A stretch of DNA of 64,000 nt from assembly GCA_965279525.1 (NCBI GenBank), contig CBDIIB010000002.1:288001-352000 (forward strand). The letters are read 5' to 3'. The stretch is from Tagaea sp. GTDB lineage: Bacteria > Pseudomonadota > Alphaproteobacteria > CACIAM-22H2. The notes beneath the pieces were generated by a model, which ran no database searches, was not told the origin of the DNA, and saw only the letters and a program-made list of their open reading frames with translations. The translations under genes and the position numbers were made by a program. The number at the start of each line of letters is the position of its first letter. The first letter of the stretch is position 1. Shown here one piece after another: positions 1 through 10,121 of the stretch.

Positions 1-1
1 C

Positions 2-313
2 TGCGACGGGCGCGCATCGCTCGTCGTCGGCTCGCACAGCCACGTGCCCACGGCCGACGCGCAGGTGCTGACCGGCGGGACCGGCTACCAGACCGACGCC
101 GGCATGTGCGGCGACTACGATTCCGTCATCGGCATGAAGAAGGAAGCCGCCGTGCAGCGCTTCGTGCGCAAGCTGCCCGGCGAGCGGCTGACACCGGCCG
201 AAGGCGAGGGCACGCTGTGCGCGATCTACGCCGAACTCGGCCCCAACGGCCTCGCCACGCGCGTGGCGCCGGTGCGCGTCGGCGGCAGGCTCATTCCGGC
301 GATGCCGGGATGA
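2..313 (+). CDS. ymdB: YmdB/TIGR00282-family metallophosphoesterase, C-terminal part (5' truncated by window)
   Basis: GSHSHVPTAD...TDAGMCGDYDSVIG motifs; usual position upstream of yebC-ruvC. Confidence 0.85.
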   Translation, partial: CDGRASLVVGSHSHVPTADAQVLTGGTGYQTDAGMCGDYDSVIGMKKEAAVQRFVRKLPGERLTPAEGEGTLCAIYAELGPNGLATRVAPVRVGGRLIPAMPG

Positions 314-421
314 GAGGCATACGGGAACAAACCGTGACTGCCGGCTAGGTTTGGTATAGATTTCACGCTGAATCCCTTATATCTAGCCGATTCGCACGCG
401 ATCCGAGCGGGACTTCAGGAC

Positions 422-1176
422 ATGGCCGGCCATTCCCAGTTCAAGAACATCATGCACCGCAAGGGCAAGCAGGACGCCCGCCGCGGAAAGATATTCACCA
501 AGATCATCCGCGAGATCACCGTTTCGGCCCGCAACGGGTCGCCCGATCCCGCCGCCAATCCGCGCCTGCGGGCCGCGATGATCGCGGCCCGCGCCGAGAA
601 CATGCCCAAGGACACGATGCGACCGCGCGATCCGCCGCGGCTCGGGCCAGGAAGACGGCGTGGTCTACGAGGAGTTCCGCTACGAAGGCTACGGCCCCGG
701 CGGTGTCGCGATCATCGTCGAGGCGATGACCGAAAACCGCAACCGCACGGCGCCGGAAATCCGCACGATCTTCTCCAAGCATGGCGGCACGCTCGGCGAA
801 GCCAACTCGGTCGCGTACAATTTCGCGCGCGTCGGCCAGATCGTCTTTCCGGCCGCGAAGATCGCCGCCGACGCGTTCCTCGACGCCGCCATCGATGCCG
901 GTGCCGACGACGTCGAAAGCGGCGCCGACGCGCATGTCGCGACCTGCTCGGTCGATGCGTTCGGCGCGGTGCGTTCGGCACTGGAAGCGAAGTTCGGCGA
1001 ACCAAAAATCCGCTGCCCTCGTCTTCAAGCCCAGTGTCAGCGTGCCGCTCGACGAGGTGCAGGCGCGCGAGGTCATCGATCTCGTCGAAGCGCTCGAGGA
1101 CAACGACGACGTCCAGACCGTCACCGCGAATTTCGAGGTTTCGGACGCCGTCCTCGCCAAGCTTTCGGCGGCCTGA
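422..1176 (+). CDS. yebC: YebC/PmpR family protein with two apparent +1 frameshifts (~619, ~1004-1008)
   Basis: [15 protein letters not shown] start, YEGYGPGG middle and [10 protein letters not shown] end lie in three different frames. Confidence 0.9.
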
Positions 1177-1181
1177 GCGGC

Positions 1182-1694
1182 ATGCGCCTCATCGGCATCG
1201 ATCCCGGCCTTCGGACGACCGGCTGGGGCGTGATCGAGGCCGAAGGCAACCGTCTGACGCATGTCGCCAACGGGCGCATCGTCAGCGACAGCACGGCGAC
1301 GATGGCCGAGCGGCTGGTGCAGCTGCATGACGGGCTGATCGAGGTGCTCGAGCGCTGGCAGCCCGACGAAGCGGCCGTCGAGGAAACCTTCGTCAACGTC
1401 AATCCCGCGTCCACGCTGAAGCTCGGTCAGGCGCGCGGCATCGCGCTGCTTGCACCCGCGCGCAAGGGCCTGCCGGTGGCCGAATATGCCGCCAACGCAG
1501 TCAAGAAGGCGGTCGTGGGTGCGGGGCACGCCGACAAGGCGCAGATCCAGATGATGGTGAAGCGCCTGATGCCCGGCGTGTCGTTCGCAGGCCCCGATGC
1601 CGCCGACGCGCTCGCCATCGCCATCTGCCATGCGCACCACGCCGCCAGCCGCAACGCGTGGGCCAAGGGCACGGTCATGGCGGGTGCGCCATGA
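1182..1694 (+). CDS. ruvC: Holliday junction resolvase RuvC
   Basis: [28 protein letters not shown] motifs. Confidence 0.95.
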   Translation: MRLIGIDPGLRTTGWGVIEAEGNRLTHVANGRIVSDSTATMAERLVQLHDGLIEVLERWQPDEAAVEETFVNVNPASTLKLGQARGIALLAPARKGLPVAEYAANAVKKAVVGAGHADKAQIQMMVKRLMPGVSFAGPDAADALAIAICHAHHAASRNAWAKGTVMAGAP

Positions 1695-2314
1695 TCGCGA
1701 AGCTCAAGGGCCGCGTGGACGAACGCAACAAGGACAACTGCGTCATCGACGTGAACGGCGTGGGCTATCTCGTGCGCGCGTCGTCGCGCACGCTGGCCGC
1801 GTTGCCGGCCGCGGGCGAGGCGTGCCTGCTGCACATCGAGACCAGTATCCGCGAGGACGCGTTCGAGCTGTTCGGCTTCCTCGTTCCCGAAGAGCGCGAT
1901 TGCTACCGCCTGCTCACCAGCGTGCAGGGCGTGGGTCCGAAGGCGGCCCTCGCGTTGCTGTCGGCGCTGGCGCCCGGCGAGATCGCGGCCGCGATCCTTG
2001 TCGACGACAAGGGCACGCTGACGCGCGCCGACGGCGTGGGGCCGAAGCTTGCCATGCGCATCGCCTCGGAACTGAAGGACAAGGTCGCCGCCCTCGGGCT
2101 GGCGCTCGCGGCCGGCAAGGCCGGCGGCGGGATTTCGGTTGCCGGTGCGGCACCTGCCGGCGGGGCCGCGGCCGACGCGGTCTCGGCACTCGTCAATCTC
2201 GGCTACAAGCGCGCCGAGGCGGTCGCCGCAGTCAACAAGGCGGTCAAGAAGCTGGGCGAGGGGGCGCGCGTCGAAGCGCTGATCCCGGCCGGCCTGTCGG
2301 AGCTGGGCGCATGA
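1691..2314 (+). CDS. ruvA: Holliday junction branch migration protein RuvA
   Basis: [31 protein letters not shown]. Confidence 0.95.
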   Translation: MIAKLKGRVDERNKDNCVIDVNGVGYLVRASSRTLAALPAAGEACLLHIETSIREDAFELFGFLVPEERDCYRLLTSVQGVGPKAALALLSALAPGEIAAAILVDDKGTLTRADGVGPKLAMRIASELKDKVAALGLALAAGKAGGGISVAGAAPAGGAAADAVSALVNLGYKRAEAVAAVNKAVKKLGEGARVEALIPAGLSELGA

Positions 2315-3378
2315 GCAAGCCCAAGCAAGATGCCGTGCCCCCGCGCGACGTGACGCGCGAAGCGATCGCCGAGGACGCGCCCGAGCAGAAGATCCGGCCG
2401 CTGTCGCTCGACGATTTCGTCGGCCAGCGCCAGGTGCGCGAGAACCTGCGCGTGTTCGTCGAGGCCGCGCGCGGGCGCGGCGAAGCGCTCGACCATGTGC
2501 TGCTGCACGGGCCGCCGGGGCTGGGCAAAACCACGCTTGCCCAGATCGTCGCCAAGGAACTGGGCGTGGGCTTCCGCGCCACGTCGGGCCCTGTCATCGC
2601 GCGTGCGGGCGACCTTGCGGCGTTGCTGACGAACCTGCAGCCGCGCGATGTCCTTTTCATCGACGAGATCCACCGGCTCGCCCCTGCGGTCGAGGAAATC
2701 CTCTATCCCGCGATGGAGGATTTCCAGCTCGACCTCATCATCGGCGAGGGGCCGGCGGCGCGCTCGGTGCGCATCGACCTGCCGCCCTTCACGCTGGTGG
2801 GGGCGACGACGCGCGCGGGCCTCGTCACCACGCCGCTGCGCGACCGTTTCGGCATCCCGCTGCGCCTCGTGTTCTATTCGCCCGACGAGCTCGAAGCCAT
2901 CGTGCGCCGCGCTGCCGGCGTGCTGGGCTGCACGCTGGCGCAGGATGGCGCGCGCGAGATCGCCAAGCGTTGCCGCGGCACGCCGCGCATCGCCGGCAGG
3001 CTGTTGCGCCGCGTGCGCGATTTCGCCGCCGTCGCGGGCCTTGCCACGATCGACCGCAAGGCGGCCGACGCCGCACTCGCCCGCCTCGAAGTCGATTTCC
3101 TCGGTCTCGACGCGATGGACCGGCGCTACATGACGTGCATCGCGGAGAATTACGGCGGCGGTCCGGTCGGCGTGGAAACGCTGGCGGCGGCCCTGGCCGA
3201 GCAGCGCGACACGATCGAGGAAGTCATCGAGCCGTTCCTGATCCAGGAAGGCCTGCTGCTGCGCACGCCGCGCGGGCGCGTGCTGGGCGAGAAGGGCTGG
3301 CGCCATCTGGGCCTGACCCCGCCGGCCGGTGCCCAGGTGCAGCTCGATTTCGTGGCTCCCGATCGAAGGCGAGGGGCC
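2311..3378 (+). CDS. ruvB: Holliday junction DNA helicase RuvB (as sequenced it reads through in frame into ybgC)
   Basis: GPPGLGKTT Walker A, FIDEIHR, GATTRAG, RGTPRIA, RTPRGR. Confidence 0.95.
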
Positions 3379-3807
3379 ATGAACGCGCCGCATGTCTTCC
3401 GCACCCGCGTCTACTACGAGGATACCGATGCCGCCGGCATCGTCTATTACGCGAACTACCTCAAATTCGCCGAGCGCGCGCGCACCGAGATCCTGCGCGA
3501 TGCCGGCATCGTGCAGCGCGAAATGGCCGAGGAAATGGGCGTCGCCTTCGCGGTGCGCTCGGTCAATGTCGAGTATCTGAAGCCCGCCCGGCTCGACGAC
3601 GCGCTCGTCGTCGAATCGACCATCGTCGCGGTCGGCGGGGCCACCGCCGACGGCATGCAGATCGTGCGGCGGGAAGAGGACGGAGCCGAGCTTGCCCGCG
3701 TTTCGGTCAAGCTGGCATGCCTGAAACTCGCTGGCGGGCAGCCGACCCGCATGCCCGAAGCCGTCCGCACCGCCCTTTCGCGCCATATTGTCGTCACGAA
3801 AGCCTGA
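3379..3807 (+). CDS. ybgC: Tol-Pal-associated acyl-CoA thioesterase YbgC
   Basis: [26 protein letters not shown] motif; upstream of tolQ. Confidence 0.92.
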   Translation: MNAPHVFRTRVYYEDTDAAGIVYYANYLKFAERARTEILRDAGIVQREMAEEMGVAFAVRSVNVEYLKPARLDDALVVESTIVAVGGATADGMQIVRREEDGAELARVSVKLACLKLAGGQPTRMPEAVRTALSRHIVVTKA

Positions 3808-3838
3808 GACAACCCGAACTTTCCAGGAAAGCAGAGAA

Positions 3839-4564
3839 ATGGACCGTACCGTCGAAGCGACCGCCCTGGCCGGCACCGGCATGCCGGAGTTCACGCCCTG
3901 GGCCCTGTTCCTGCACGCCGATCTGGTCGGCCAGTTCGTCGTCCTGGTCCTCGTGATCGCGTCCTTCTGGACCTGGGCCATCGTCATCGACAAGTGGCTG
4001 CGCCTGCGCCGGCTGCAGGCGGCCGCCAACCAGTTCGAGGATCAGTTCTGGTCCGGTGGATCGCTCGAGGATCTCTACGACCGCGTGGGCAACCAGCCCG
4101 CCGATCCGATGACCGCAATGTTCGGCGCCGCGATGCGCGAATGGCGCCGCACGGCCGCCAAGGGGCTGGTCGCCGCGGGCCAGATGCGCGCGTCCTTGCA
4201 GGCGCGCATCGAGCGCGTGATGCAGGTCACGCTGTCGCGCGAGATGGACCGGCTCGAAAAGCAGATGACGTTCCTCGCCTCGGTCGGCTCGACGGCACCG
4301 TTCATCGGCCTGTTCGGCACGGTGTGGGGCATCATGCGTTCGTTCCATTCGATCGGCGTCACGAAGAACACGTCGATCGCGTCGGTCGCACCGGGCCTCG
4401 CCGAAGCGCTGTTCGCCACCGCACTGGGGCTCATCGCCGCGATCCCGGCGGTCATCGCCTACAACAAGATCTCGACCGAGCTCAACCGCTATGCGGGCCG
4501 GCTCGAGACGTTCTCCTCCGAGTTCGGCGCGATCCTGTCGCGCCAGCTCGAAGAGAAGAACTGA
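3839..4564 (+). CDS. tolQ: TolQ
   Basis: APFIGLFGTVWGIM, EALFATALGL..AIPAV. Confidence 0.95.
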   Translation: MDRTVEATALAGTGMPEFTPWALFLHADLVGQFVVLVLVIASFWTWAIVIDKWLRLRRLQAAANQFEDQFWSGGSLEDLYDRVGNQPADPMTAMFGAAMREWRRTAAKGLVAAGQMRASLQARIERVMQVTLSREMDRLEKQMTFLASVGSTAPFIGLFGTVWGIMRSFHSIGVTKNTSIASVAPGLAEALFATALGLIAAIPAVIAYNKISTELNRYAGRLETFSSEFGAILSRQLEEKN

Positions 4565-4567
4565 GCC

Positions 4568-5035
4568 ATGGCCGGACCCCTGATGCAGTCGGGACGCCGC
4601 GGGACATCGCGCCGCGGGGCACGCCTCGTGGCCGAGATCAACGTCACGCCGTTCGTCGACGTGATGCTGGTGCTGCTCGTCATCTTCATGATCACGGCGC
4701 CGCTGCTGACCTCGACCGTGCAGGTGGACCTTCCGCAGACGCAGGCTGCCCGCGCGTCGGGCCAGGACGAGCCGCTGGTGGTCAGCGTCAATTCCGGCGG
4801 CAAGGTCTTCCTGATGGACAGCGAGCTCGAGCTCGACGGGCTGATCGCGCGCCTGCGCGCCATCACGAACAACAACAACGAGGCGCGCATCTTCGTGCGC
4901 GGCGACAAGGCGATCAATTACGGCCGCGTGCTGGAAGTGATGGGGGCGATCTCCGCTGCCGGCTACACGAAAGTGGCGCTTGTCGCCGAAGTGCCGACCG
5001 GTGCGCGCGCCGGCCAGCCGGCACCGCGGCGCTAG
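4568..5035 (+). CDS. tolR: TolR
   Basis: EINVTPFVDVMLVLLVIFMITAP, VRGDKAINYG. Confidence 0.95.
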   Translation: MAGPLMQSGRRGTSRRGARLVAEINVTPFVDVMLVLLVIFMITAPLLTSTVQVDLPQTQAARASGQDEPLVVSVNSGGKVFLMDSELELDGLIARLRAITNNNNEARIFVRGDKAINYGRVLEVMGAISAAGYTKVALVAEVPTGARAGQPAPRR

Positions 5036-5041
5036 GAAGCG

Positions 5042-6031
5042 ATGACGGCGATCGCGGCAGCGGGCGGGCACGAGCCGGAGATGGCCGGCGGCGACATGCG
5101 CTGGGGCATGGTCGCCTCGGGCGCCCTCCATGTCGCGGTGTTCGCGTTCGCGATCCTCGATCCCTTGAGCCTTCTTCGCCCGCGCGTGGAAGTCGTAGAT
5201 GCCCCGCTGATATTCGAAGTCCTCCCCATTGCCGCGATCACCAACGCGCCGCCGCCGCGCCCCGATCCGCCGGCCCCCACACCGCCCAAGGTCGAAGCAC
5301 CGCCTGCCGAAACGCCGGCGCCGCCGGCACCGGTGCCCCCGCGTCCGCAGCCGGCACCACCCCCGCCGCCGCCGCCTCCGCCACCGCCGGCCCCCGCACC
5401 GCCCGCACCCCCGGCGCCTGCACCCGCACCGCCGCCGCCCCTGCCGGTGCCGGCGCCGCGCGTCGAGCCCACGCCGGCACCCGTGCCGGCCCCCGCACCG
5501 CCGGCCCCGCCGCGCCCGGTCGCCGTGGCGCCGCCGGCCCCGCCCGCACCGGCCCCGCGCCAGCAGCCGCCGCAGTTCAATCTCGACAACGTGCTGCGCG
5601 ACCTCACGCGTCCGCGCCCGCAAGCACCCGCTGCGGCCCCCACGCCGGCACCGCCGGCCCCCCAGCAGACCGCGCGCGCGGCATCGAACGCGCCCAGCAA
5701 TCCGCTGTTGCCGCTGTCGATGACCGAGACCGACGCGATCCGCCAGCGCGTGTCGCAGTTCTGGAACATCGATGCCGGTGCGCGCGGCGTGGAGACCTTC
5801 GCGGTCGAACTGCGCGTCTGGGTGCTGCCCGACGGCACCGTCCAGGACGTGAAGATCGAACGCACGACCGGCGAGGACGGCCCGTTCCGCCAGGCTTTCG
5901 CCGAGGGTGCGCGCCGTGCCGTGCTGCGCGCCTCGCCGCTGCCGATGCCCGCCAACAACGCCCAGCAGATGACCAACGGCAACCTGACGCTCGCCTTCAA
6001 GGCCGCCGAAATGCTGGGCCAGAGACGCTGA
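5042..6031 (+). CDS. tolA: TolA-like protein (TM anchor, proline-rich linker, TonB_C-like domain); start uncertain
   Basis: SGALH TM motif, poly-Pro linker, ARRAVLRASPLP C-domain; position between tolR and tolB. Confidence 0.8.
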   Translation: MTAIAAAGGHEPEMAGGDMRWGMVASGALHVAVFAFAILDPLSLLRPRVEVVDAPLIFEVLPIAAITNAPPPRPDPPAPTPPKVEAPPAETPAPPAPVPPRPQPAPPPPPPPPPPPAPAPPAPPAPAPAPPPPLPVPAPRVEPTPAPVPAPAPPAPPRPVAVAPPAPPAPAPRQQPPQFNLDNVLRDLTRPRPQAPAAAPTPAPPAPQQTARAASNAPSNPLLPLSMTETDAIRQRVSQFWNIDAGARGVETFAVELRVWVLPDGTVQDVKIERTTGEDGPFRQAFAEGARRAVLRASPLPMPANNAQQMTNGNLTLAFKAAEMLGQRR

Positions 6032-6081
6032 CGACCGAATCGTTCTAGAACTTCACCGACGCATCCGATTGGATTTCCCCG

Positions 6082-7452
6082 ATGACGATGATCGACCGCT
6101 CCAGCTTCCCGATGTCGCGCCGCGCAATGTTCGCCGGCGGTCTCGCCCTTGCCGCCGCGACACCGGCCGCCGCGCAGGTGCGCATCGACATCACGCGCGG
6201 ACGCGTCGATCCCGTCCCCACGGCGGTGTCGAACTTCTTCGGCGAAGGGCCGGACGAGGCGACGGGGCGCGAGATGGCCAAGGTCATCTCGGGCAACCTC
6301 GATCGCTCGGGCCTGTTCCGCCCGATCGACCAGAAGGCCTACATCCAGACGCCGGCCCAGATGCGCACGGCACCGCCGCGCTTTCCCGACTGGCGCAGCC
6401 TGAACGCCGCTTTGCTCGTGCAAGGCACGGTCGAAACGCAGCGCGACGGGCGCCTGCGCGTCGAGTTCCGCCTGTGGGACGTCTACGGCGAAAGCCAGAT
6501 GGAGGGCCGCGTCTACACGACGGTGGCCGCGAACTGGCGGCGGATCGCGCACATCGTGTCGGACGCGGTCTACAAGCGCGTGACGGGCGAGGACGGCTAT
6601 TTCGACACGCGCGTCGTCTACATCTCGGAATCGGGTCCGCAGCAGCGGCGCGTCAAGCGCCTGGCGATCATGGACCAGGACGGAGCGAACCACCGCTTCC
6701 TGACCGACGGACGCGAACTTGTCCTGACGCCGCGCTTCTCGCCGACAGCGCAGGAGATCACGTATCTCGCCTACGTGCCGTCGCCCAGCAATCCCAACAT
6801 CGTCCGGCCGCGCGTCTATCTCTACAACATCGACACGGGCCAGCGCGAAGTGGTCGGCGATTTCCCCGGGATGACGTTCGCGCCCCGCTTCTCGCCCGAC
6901 GGCAACCGCGTGATCATGTCGATGTCCCAGCAGGGCAACACCGACGTCTATTCGATGGACCTGCGCACGCGCCAGGTGCTGCGCGTGACCAACCATCCGT
7001 CGATCAACACCTCGCCGTCCTATTCGCCCGACGCGCGCCAGATCGTTTTCAACTCCGATCGCGGCGGCACGCAACAGTTGTACACGATGACGGCCACCGG
7101 CGAGAACGTGCAGCGCATCAGCTTCGGCACGGGGCGCTACGCCACGCCCGTCTGGTCGCCGCGCGGCGATCTCATCGCCTTCACGAAGCAGACGGAAGGC
7201 GAATTTTACATCGGCGTGATGCGCCCCGACGGCAAGGACGAGCGCCTGCTGACCCGCGCGTTCCTGGTCGAAGCCCCCACTTGGGCGCCGAATGGCCGCG
7301 TAGTGATGTATTTTCGCCAAGGCCCCACGGATGCCCGCGGACAGGGCGGGAATCCACGACTTTATTCAATTGATCTAACGGGTTACAACGAACGGGAGAT
7401 CATCACGCCGGCGGACGGTTCGGACCCCGCCTGGTCGCCGCTACTGCCTTGA
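6082..7452 (+). CDS. tolB: TolB beta-propeller protein
   Basis: GYFDTRVVYISESG, MDQDGAN, PD40 repeats (PRFSPDG, PVWSPRG), ends DPAWSPLLP. Confidence 0.95.
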   Translation: MTMIDRSSFPMSRRAMFAGGLALAAATPAAAQVRIDITRGRVDPVPTAVSNFFGEGPDEATGREMAKVISGNLDRSGLFRPIDQKAYIQTPAQMRTAPPRFPDWRSLNAALLVQGTVETQRDGRLRVEFRLWDVYGESQMEGRVYTTVAANWRRIAHIVSDAVYKRVTGEDGYFDTRVVYISESGPQQRRVKRLAIMDQDGANHRFLTDGRELVLTPRFSPTAQEITYLAYVPSPSNPNIVRPRVYLYNIDTGQREVVGDFPGMTFAPRFSPDGNRVIMSMSQQGNTDVYSMDLRTRQVLRVTNHPSINTSPSYSPDARQIVFNSDRGGTQQLYTMTATGENVQRISFGTGRYATPVWSPRGDLIAFTKQTEGEFYIGVMRPDGKDERLLTRAFLVEAPTWAPNGRVVMYFRQGPTDARGQGGNPRLYSIDLTGYNEREIITPADGSDPAWSPLLP

Positions 7453-7707
7453 ACTGCCTTGACCATCCTTGATTTGTAACAACCCGGCCTTTATATTCCG
7501 CTCGGTTTTGCCAAAGCGGACGCGTCTTCGGTGCACGCCTTGCGACAAACCGTCTATGCGCATTTCGCCTGCCTTCGGGTATGACGCCTGCGCAAAATGC
7601 GGTTTTCGCACTGCGAACGACGATGATCCGCTGCGGTCAGAAGACAAGCCACATACCGACACGCCACATCCCGAGACGTGGGTAGGAAGAAAGAGGAGTT
7701 CGATTAA

Positions 7708-8214
7708 ATGCGCTTTAAGCTGATGAGCATGCTTGCCGCGGTCGCCCTGCTGGCTGCGTGCGAAACCGCCCCGCAGAACACGGCCGCCACCGGCGGCGCC
7801 GGCGCTGCCGGCGGAGCCCCGGCACCGGCTGCCCAGGCTGCACCGGCCGGCCCGCGTCCGGGTTCGCAGGAAGATCTGGTCCGCAACGTCGGCGATCGCA
7901 TTTTCTACGACTTCGACAAGTCGGAACTGCGTCCGGAAGCCCGCCGCACGATCGAGCGCTGGGCCGGCTGGCTCAAGCAGTACCCGCAGGTCACCGTGAC
8001 CGTCGAAGGTCACGCCGACGAGCGCGGCACGCGCGAGTACAACATCGCGCTGGGCGAGCGTCGCGCCACCGCGGCCCGCAACTTCCTCGTCTCGCAGGGC
8101 ATCGACGCCCGCCGCGTGGCGACGATCTCGTACGGCAAGGAACGCCCGGCGGTCCTCGGCTCGAACGAGGCGGCCTGGTCGCAGAACCGCCGCGCGGTGA
8201 TGCAGGTCAACTAA
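7708..8214 (+). CDS. pal: Peptidoglycan-associated lipoprotein Pal (copy 1)
   Basis: LAAC lipobox; EGHADERGTREYNIALGERRA; SYGKERP; SQNRR. Confidence 0.95.
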   Translation: MRFKLMSMLAAVALLAACETAPQNTAATGGAGAAGGAPAPAAQAAPAGPRPGSQEDLVRNVGDRIFYDFDKSELRPEARRTIERWAGWLKQYPQVTVTVEGHADERGTREYNIALGERRATAARNFLVSQGIDARRVATISYGKERPAVLGSNEAAWSQNRRAVMQVN

Positions 8215-8256
8215 GTCCGCCGGCGGTCCGCCGCCGAGCGACGACTGGTATCGAAG

Positions 8257-8293
8257 CGCCCGTCCGGGAAAACCCGGGCGGGCGTTTTCGTTT
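8257..8293 (+). terminator. Probable intrinsic terminator after pal
   Basis: CGCCCGTCCGGG-AAAA-CCCGGGCGGGCG hairpin followed by TTTTCGTTT. Confidence 0.65.
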
Positions 8294-8323
8294 GAGGAAC
8301 AACCGAACAGGCCCGGAAATCCC

Positions 8324-8746
8324 ATGCAGCTGCGCCACCATCTGACGATCCTCGCTTTCGCCGCCGCATTGGCCGCGTGCGCGTCGACCACCCCGCCGCC
8401 GCCGGCCGAGCCCGAACAGCGCGTCTATCTCGTCTTCTTCGAGGTCGACAGCGCCGCCCTCACGCCCGCGGCGCGCCAGGCGCTGGCGAACCTGCCCGAA
8501 CGCCTTGCGCGCGTGGCGCAGGCGCGCGTGACGATCGAGGGCCACACCGACGCGGTGGGCTCGGCGGCCCACAACGAGCGGCTCGGCGAGCGGCGGGCCG
8601 CCGCCGTGCGCGACTTCCTGACCGGCAGCGGGGTCGAGGCGCTGCGCATCGACACGATGTCGTACGGCGCCGAGGCCGCCGGCGCACTGGGACCCGACGA
8701 ACGGGCCTCGGCGCTGCTGCGCCGGGTCGTCGTTCGCGTCCACTGA
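8324..8746 (+). CDS. OmpA-family lipoprotein (divergent Pal-like)
   Basis: LAAC lipobox, VFFEVDS, IEGHTDAVG, LGERRA; NRR motif replaced by LRR. Confidence 0.85.
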   Translation: MQLRHHLTILAFAAALAACASTTPPPPAEPEQRVYLVFFEVDSAALTPAARQALANLPERLARVAQARVTIEGHTDAVGSAAHNERLGERRAAAVRDFLTGSGVEALRIDTMSYGAEAAGALGPDERASALLRRVVVRVH

Positions 8747-8868
8747 AAGCACGCTGCCGCAAAAGCGCCGCACTCCGGCCGCCTGCAGGACATCTTTACG
8801 ATGCAGGTTGCATGCACGCCGATTCGCGGGCGAAAAGGCGCGGCGTCCAACCGGAGGATATCAGGAAA

Positions 8869-9408
8869 ATGCGTATCAAGATGCTGGCCGCCGTCGCGGC
8901 CTTGGCGCTGCTTGCGGCGTGCGACACGACCGGAACCAACAGCAGCGGCGTGACCGGAACCGGCGGCGTGCCGGCGGTCGCCAACGCGCCCGGCAGCGGC
9001 ATCGGCAGTTCCGGCGTGGGTTCGGGCGCCCTTGGCGCCGGCGCGGTCCGCCCGGGCAGCCAGGAAGATCTCGCCGCGAAGGTCGGCGACCGCATCTATT
9101 ACGACTCCGACCGCTCGGACCTGCGCGCCGACGCGCGCCGCACGGTCGAAGGCTGGGCAGGGTGGATGCGCCAGAACCCGCAGGTCTCCGTCACGATCGA
9201 AGGCCATGCCGACGAGCGCGGGACCCGCGAATACAATCTGGCGCTCGGCGAGCGCCGGGCGGCCGCCGCACGTAATTTCCTGATCACCCAGGGCATCGAG
9301 GCGCGCCGCATCGCCACGGTCTCCTACGGCAAGGAACGCCCGCAGGTCCTCGGCTCGACCGAACAGGCCTGGGGCCAGAACCGCCGCGGCGTGATGCTGG
9401 TGAACTGA
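8869..9408 (+). CDS. pal: Pal paralog (copy 2), Gly-rich linker
   Basis: LAAC lipobox; EGHADERGTREYNLALGERRA; GQNRR. Confidence 0.9.
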   Translation: MRIKMLAAVAALALLAACDTTGTNSSGVTGTGGVPAVANAPGSGIGSSGVGSGALGAGAVRPGSQEDLAAKVGDRIYYDSDRSDLRADARRTVEGWAGWMRQNPQVSVTIEGHADERGTREYNLALGERRAAAARNFLITQGIEARRIATVSYGKERPQVLGSTEQAWGQNRRGVMLVN

Positions 9409-9420
9409 AGCGAACCCCAA

Positions 9421-9451
9421 TCCCTCTCCCGCTTGCGGGAGAGGGTGAGGG
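9421..9451. repeat. REP-like palindrome, family A
   Basis: CCCTCTCCCGC-TT-GCGGGAGAGGG hairpin; related copies at 10021, 36294, 38641. Confidence 0.8.
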
Positions 9452-9576
9452 ATGTTTCGTCCTTATAGGGATGTTTCGTCCTTATATCGCCTATATTCCG
9501 CCCTCAAACCGCCCGCCATCTTTCCGAAGGTTGCAATATGACCGGACGTCCCGTCCGGTTGTAGGGGGAGGGGGAA

Positions 9577-10011
9577 ATGTCCAAAAGCCTGATCGCGATG
9601 CTCGGCGTAGCCTTGTTGCTCGGAGCGTGCAGCAGCGAGCAAAATTCAGCTGGTTCAGCTTCCGATAGTTCGACACCAAGTCGCCCGAGTATTCGCCCGG
9701 GCATCCAGAGCCCCAACTGGGGAATGGGAATCGGCGATCGGGTCTTTTTCGAATTCGACAAGACGGAGCTGCGGGCGGAATCTCGTAAAGCGATTGAGGG
9801 ATGGGCTGCTTGGCTGAAACGGAATCCGCAGGTCACGATGACCATCGAAGGCCATGCCGATGAACTCGGAACCCGGGAATACAACATCGCACTGGGCGAG
9901 CGGCGGGCTGTTGCAGCACGAAATTATCTTCTGGCCCAGGGCATTGACGCCAGTCGCGTGACATTCATCTCGTACGGCAAGGAGCGTCCGGCCGTCCTCG
10001 GCTCCGCGTGA
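9577..10011 (+). pseudogene. pal: Pal paralog (copy 3), C-terminally truncated
   Basis: LGAC lipobox and EGHADELGTREYN, but stops at SYGKERPAVLGSA without NRR; lower GC than neighbours. Confidence 0.7.
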
Positions 10012-10020
10012 TGCTGGAAC

Positions 10021-10076
10021 CCCTCACCCCCGCCCTCTCCCGCAATGCGCCGGCGGGAGAGGGTTAGGGTGAGGGG
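10021..10076. repeat. REP-like palindrome, family A
   Basis: CCCTCACCC..CCCTCTCCCGC...GCGGGAGAGGG..GGGTGAGGG. Confidence 0.8.
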
Positions 10077-10121
10077 TATCCGGCGCCTTTATTTCGTCCG
10101 CGGACCTTAAACTCCGCGTCC

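Noticed and set aside
1597-3807. 736-aa RuvB-YbgC fusion as a novel protein
   Set aside because: The N-terminal part is an off-frame shadow of ruvA, and the fusion is explained by one extra base near 3364.
5240-5700. CCG-rich repeats as an array or VNTR
   Set aside because: Simply the polyproline coding sequence of TolA.
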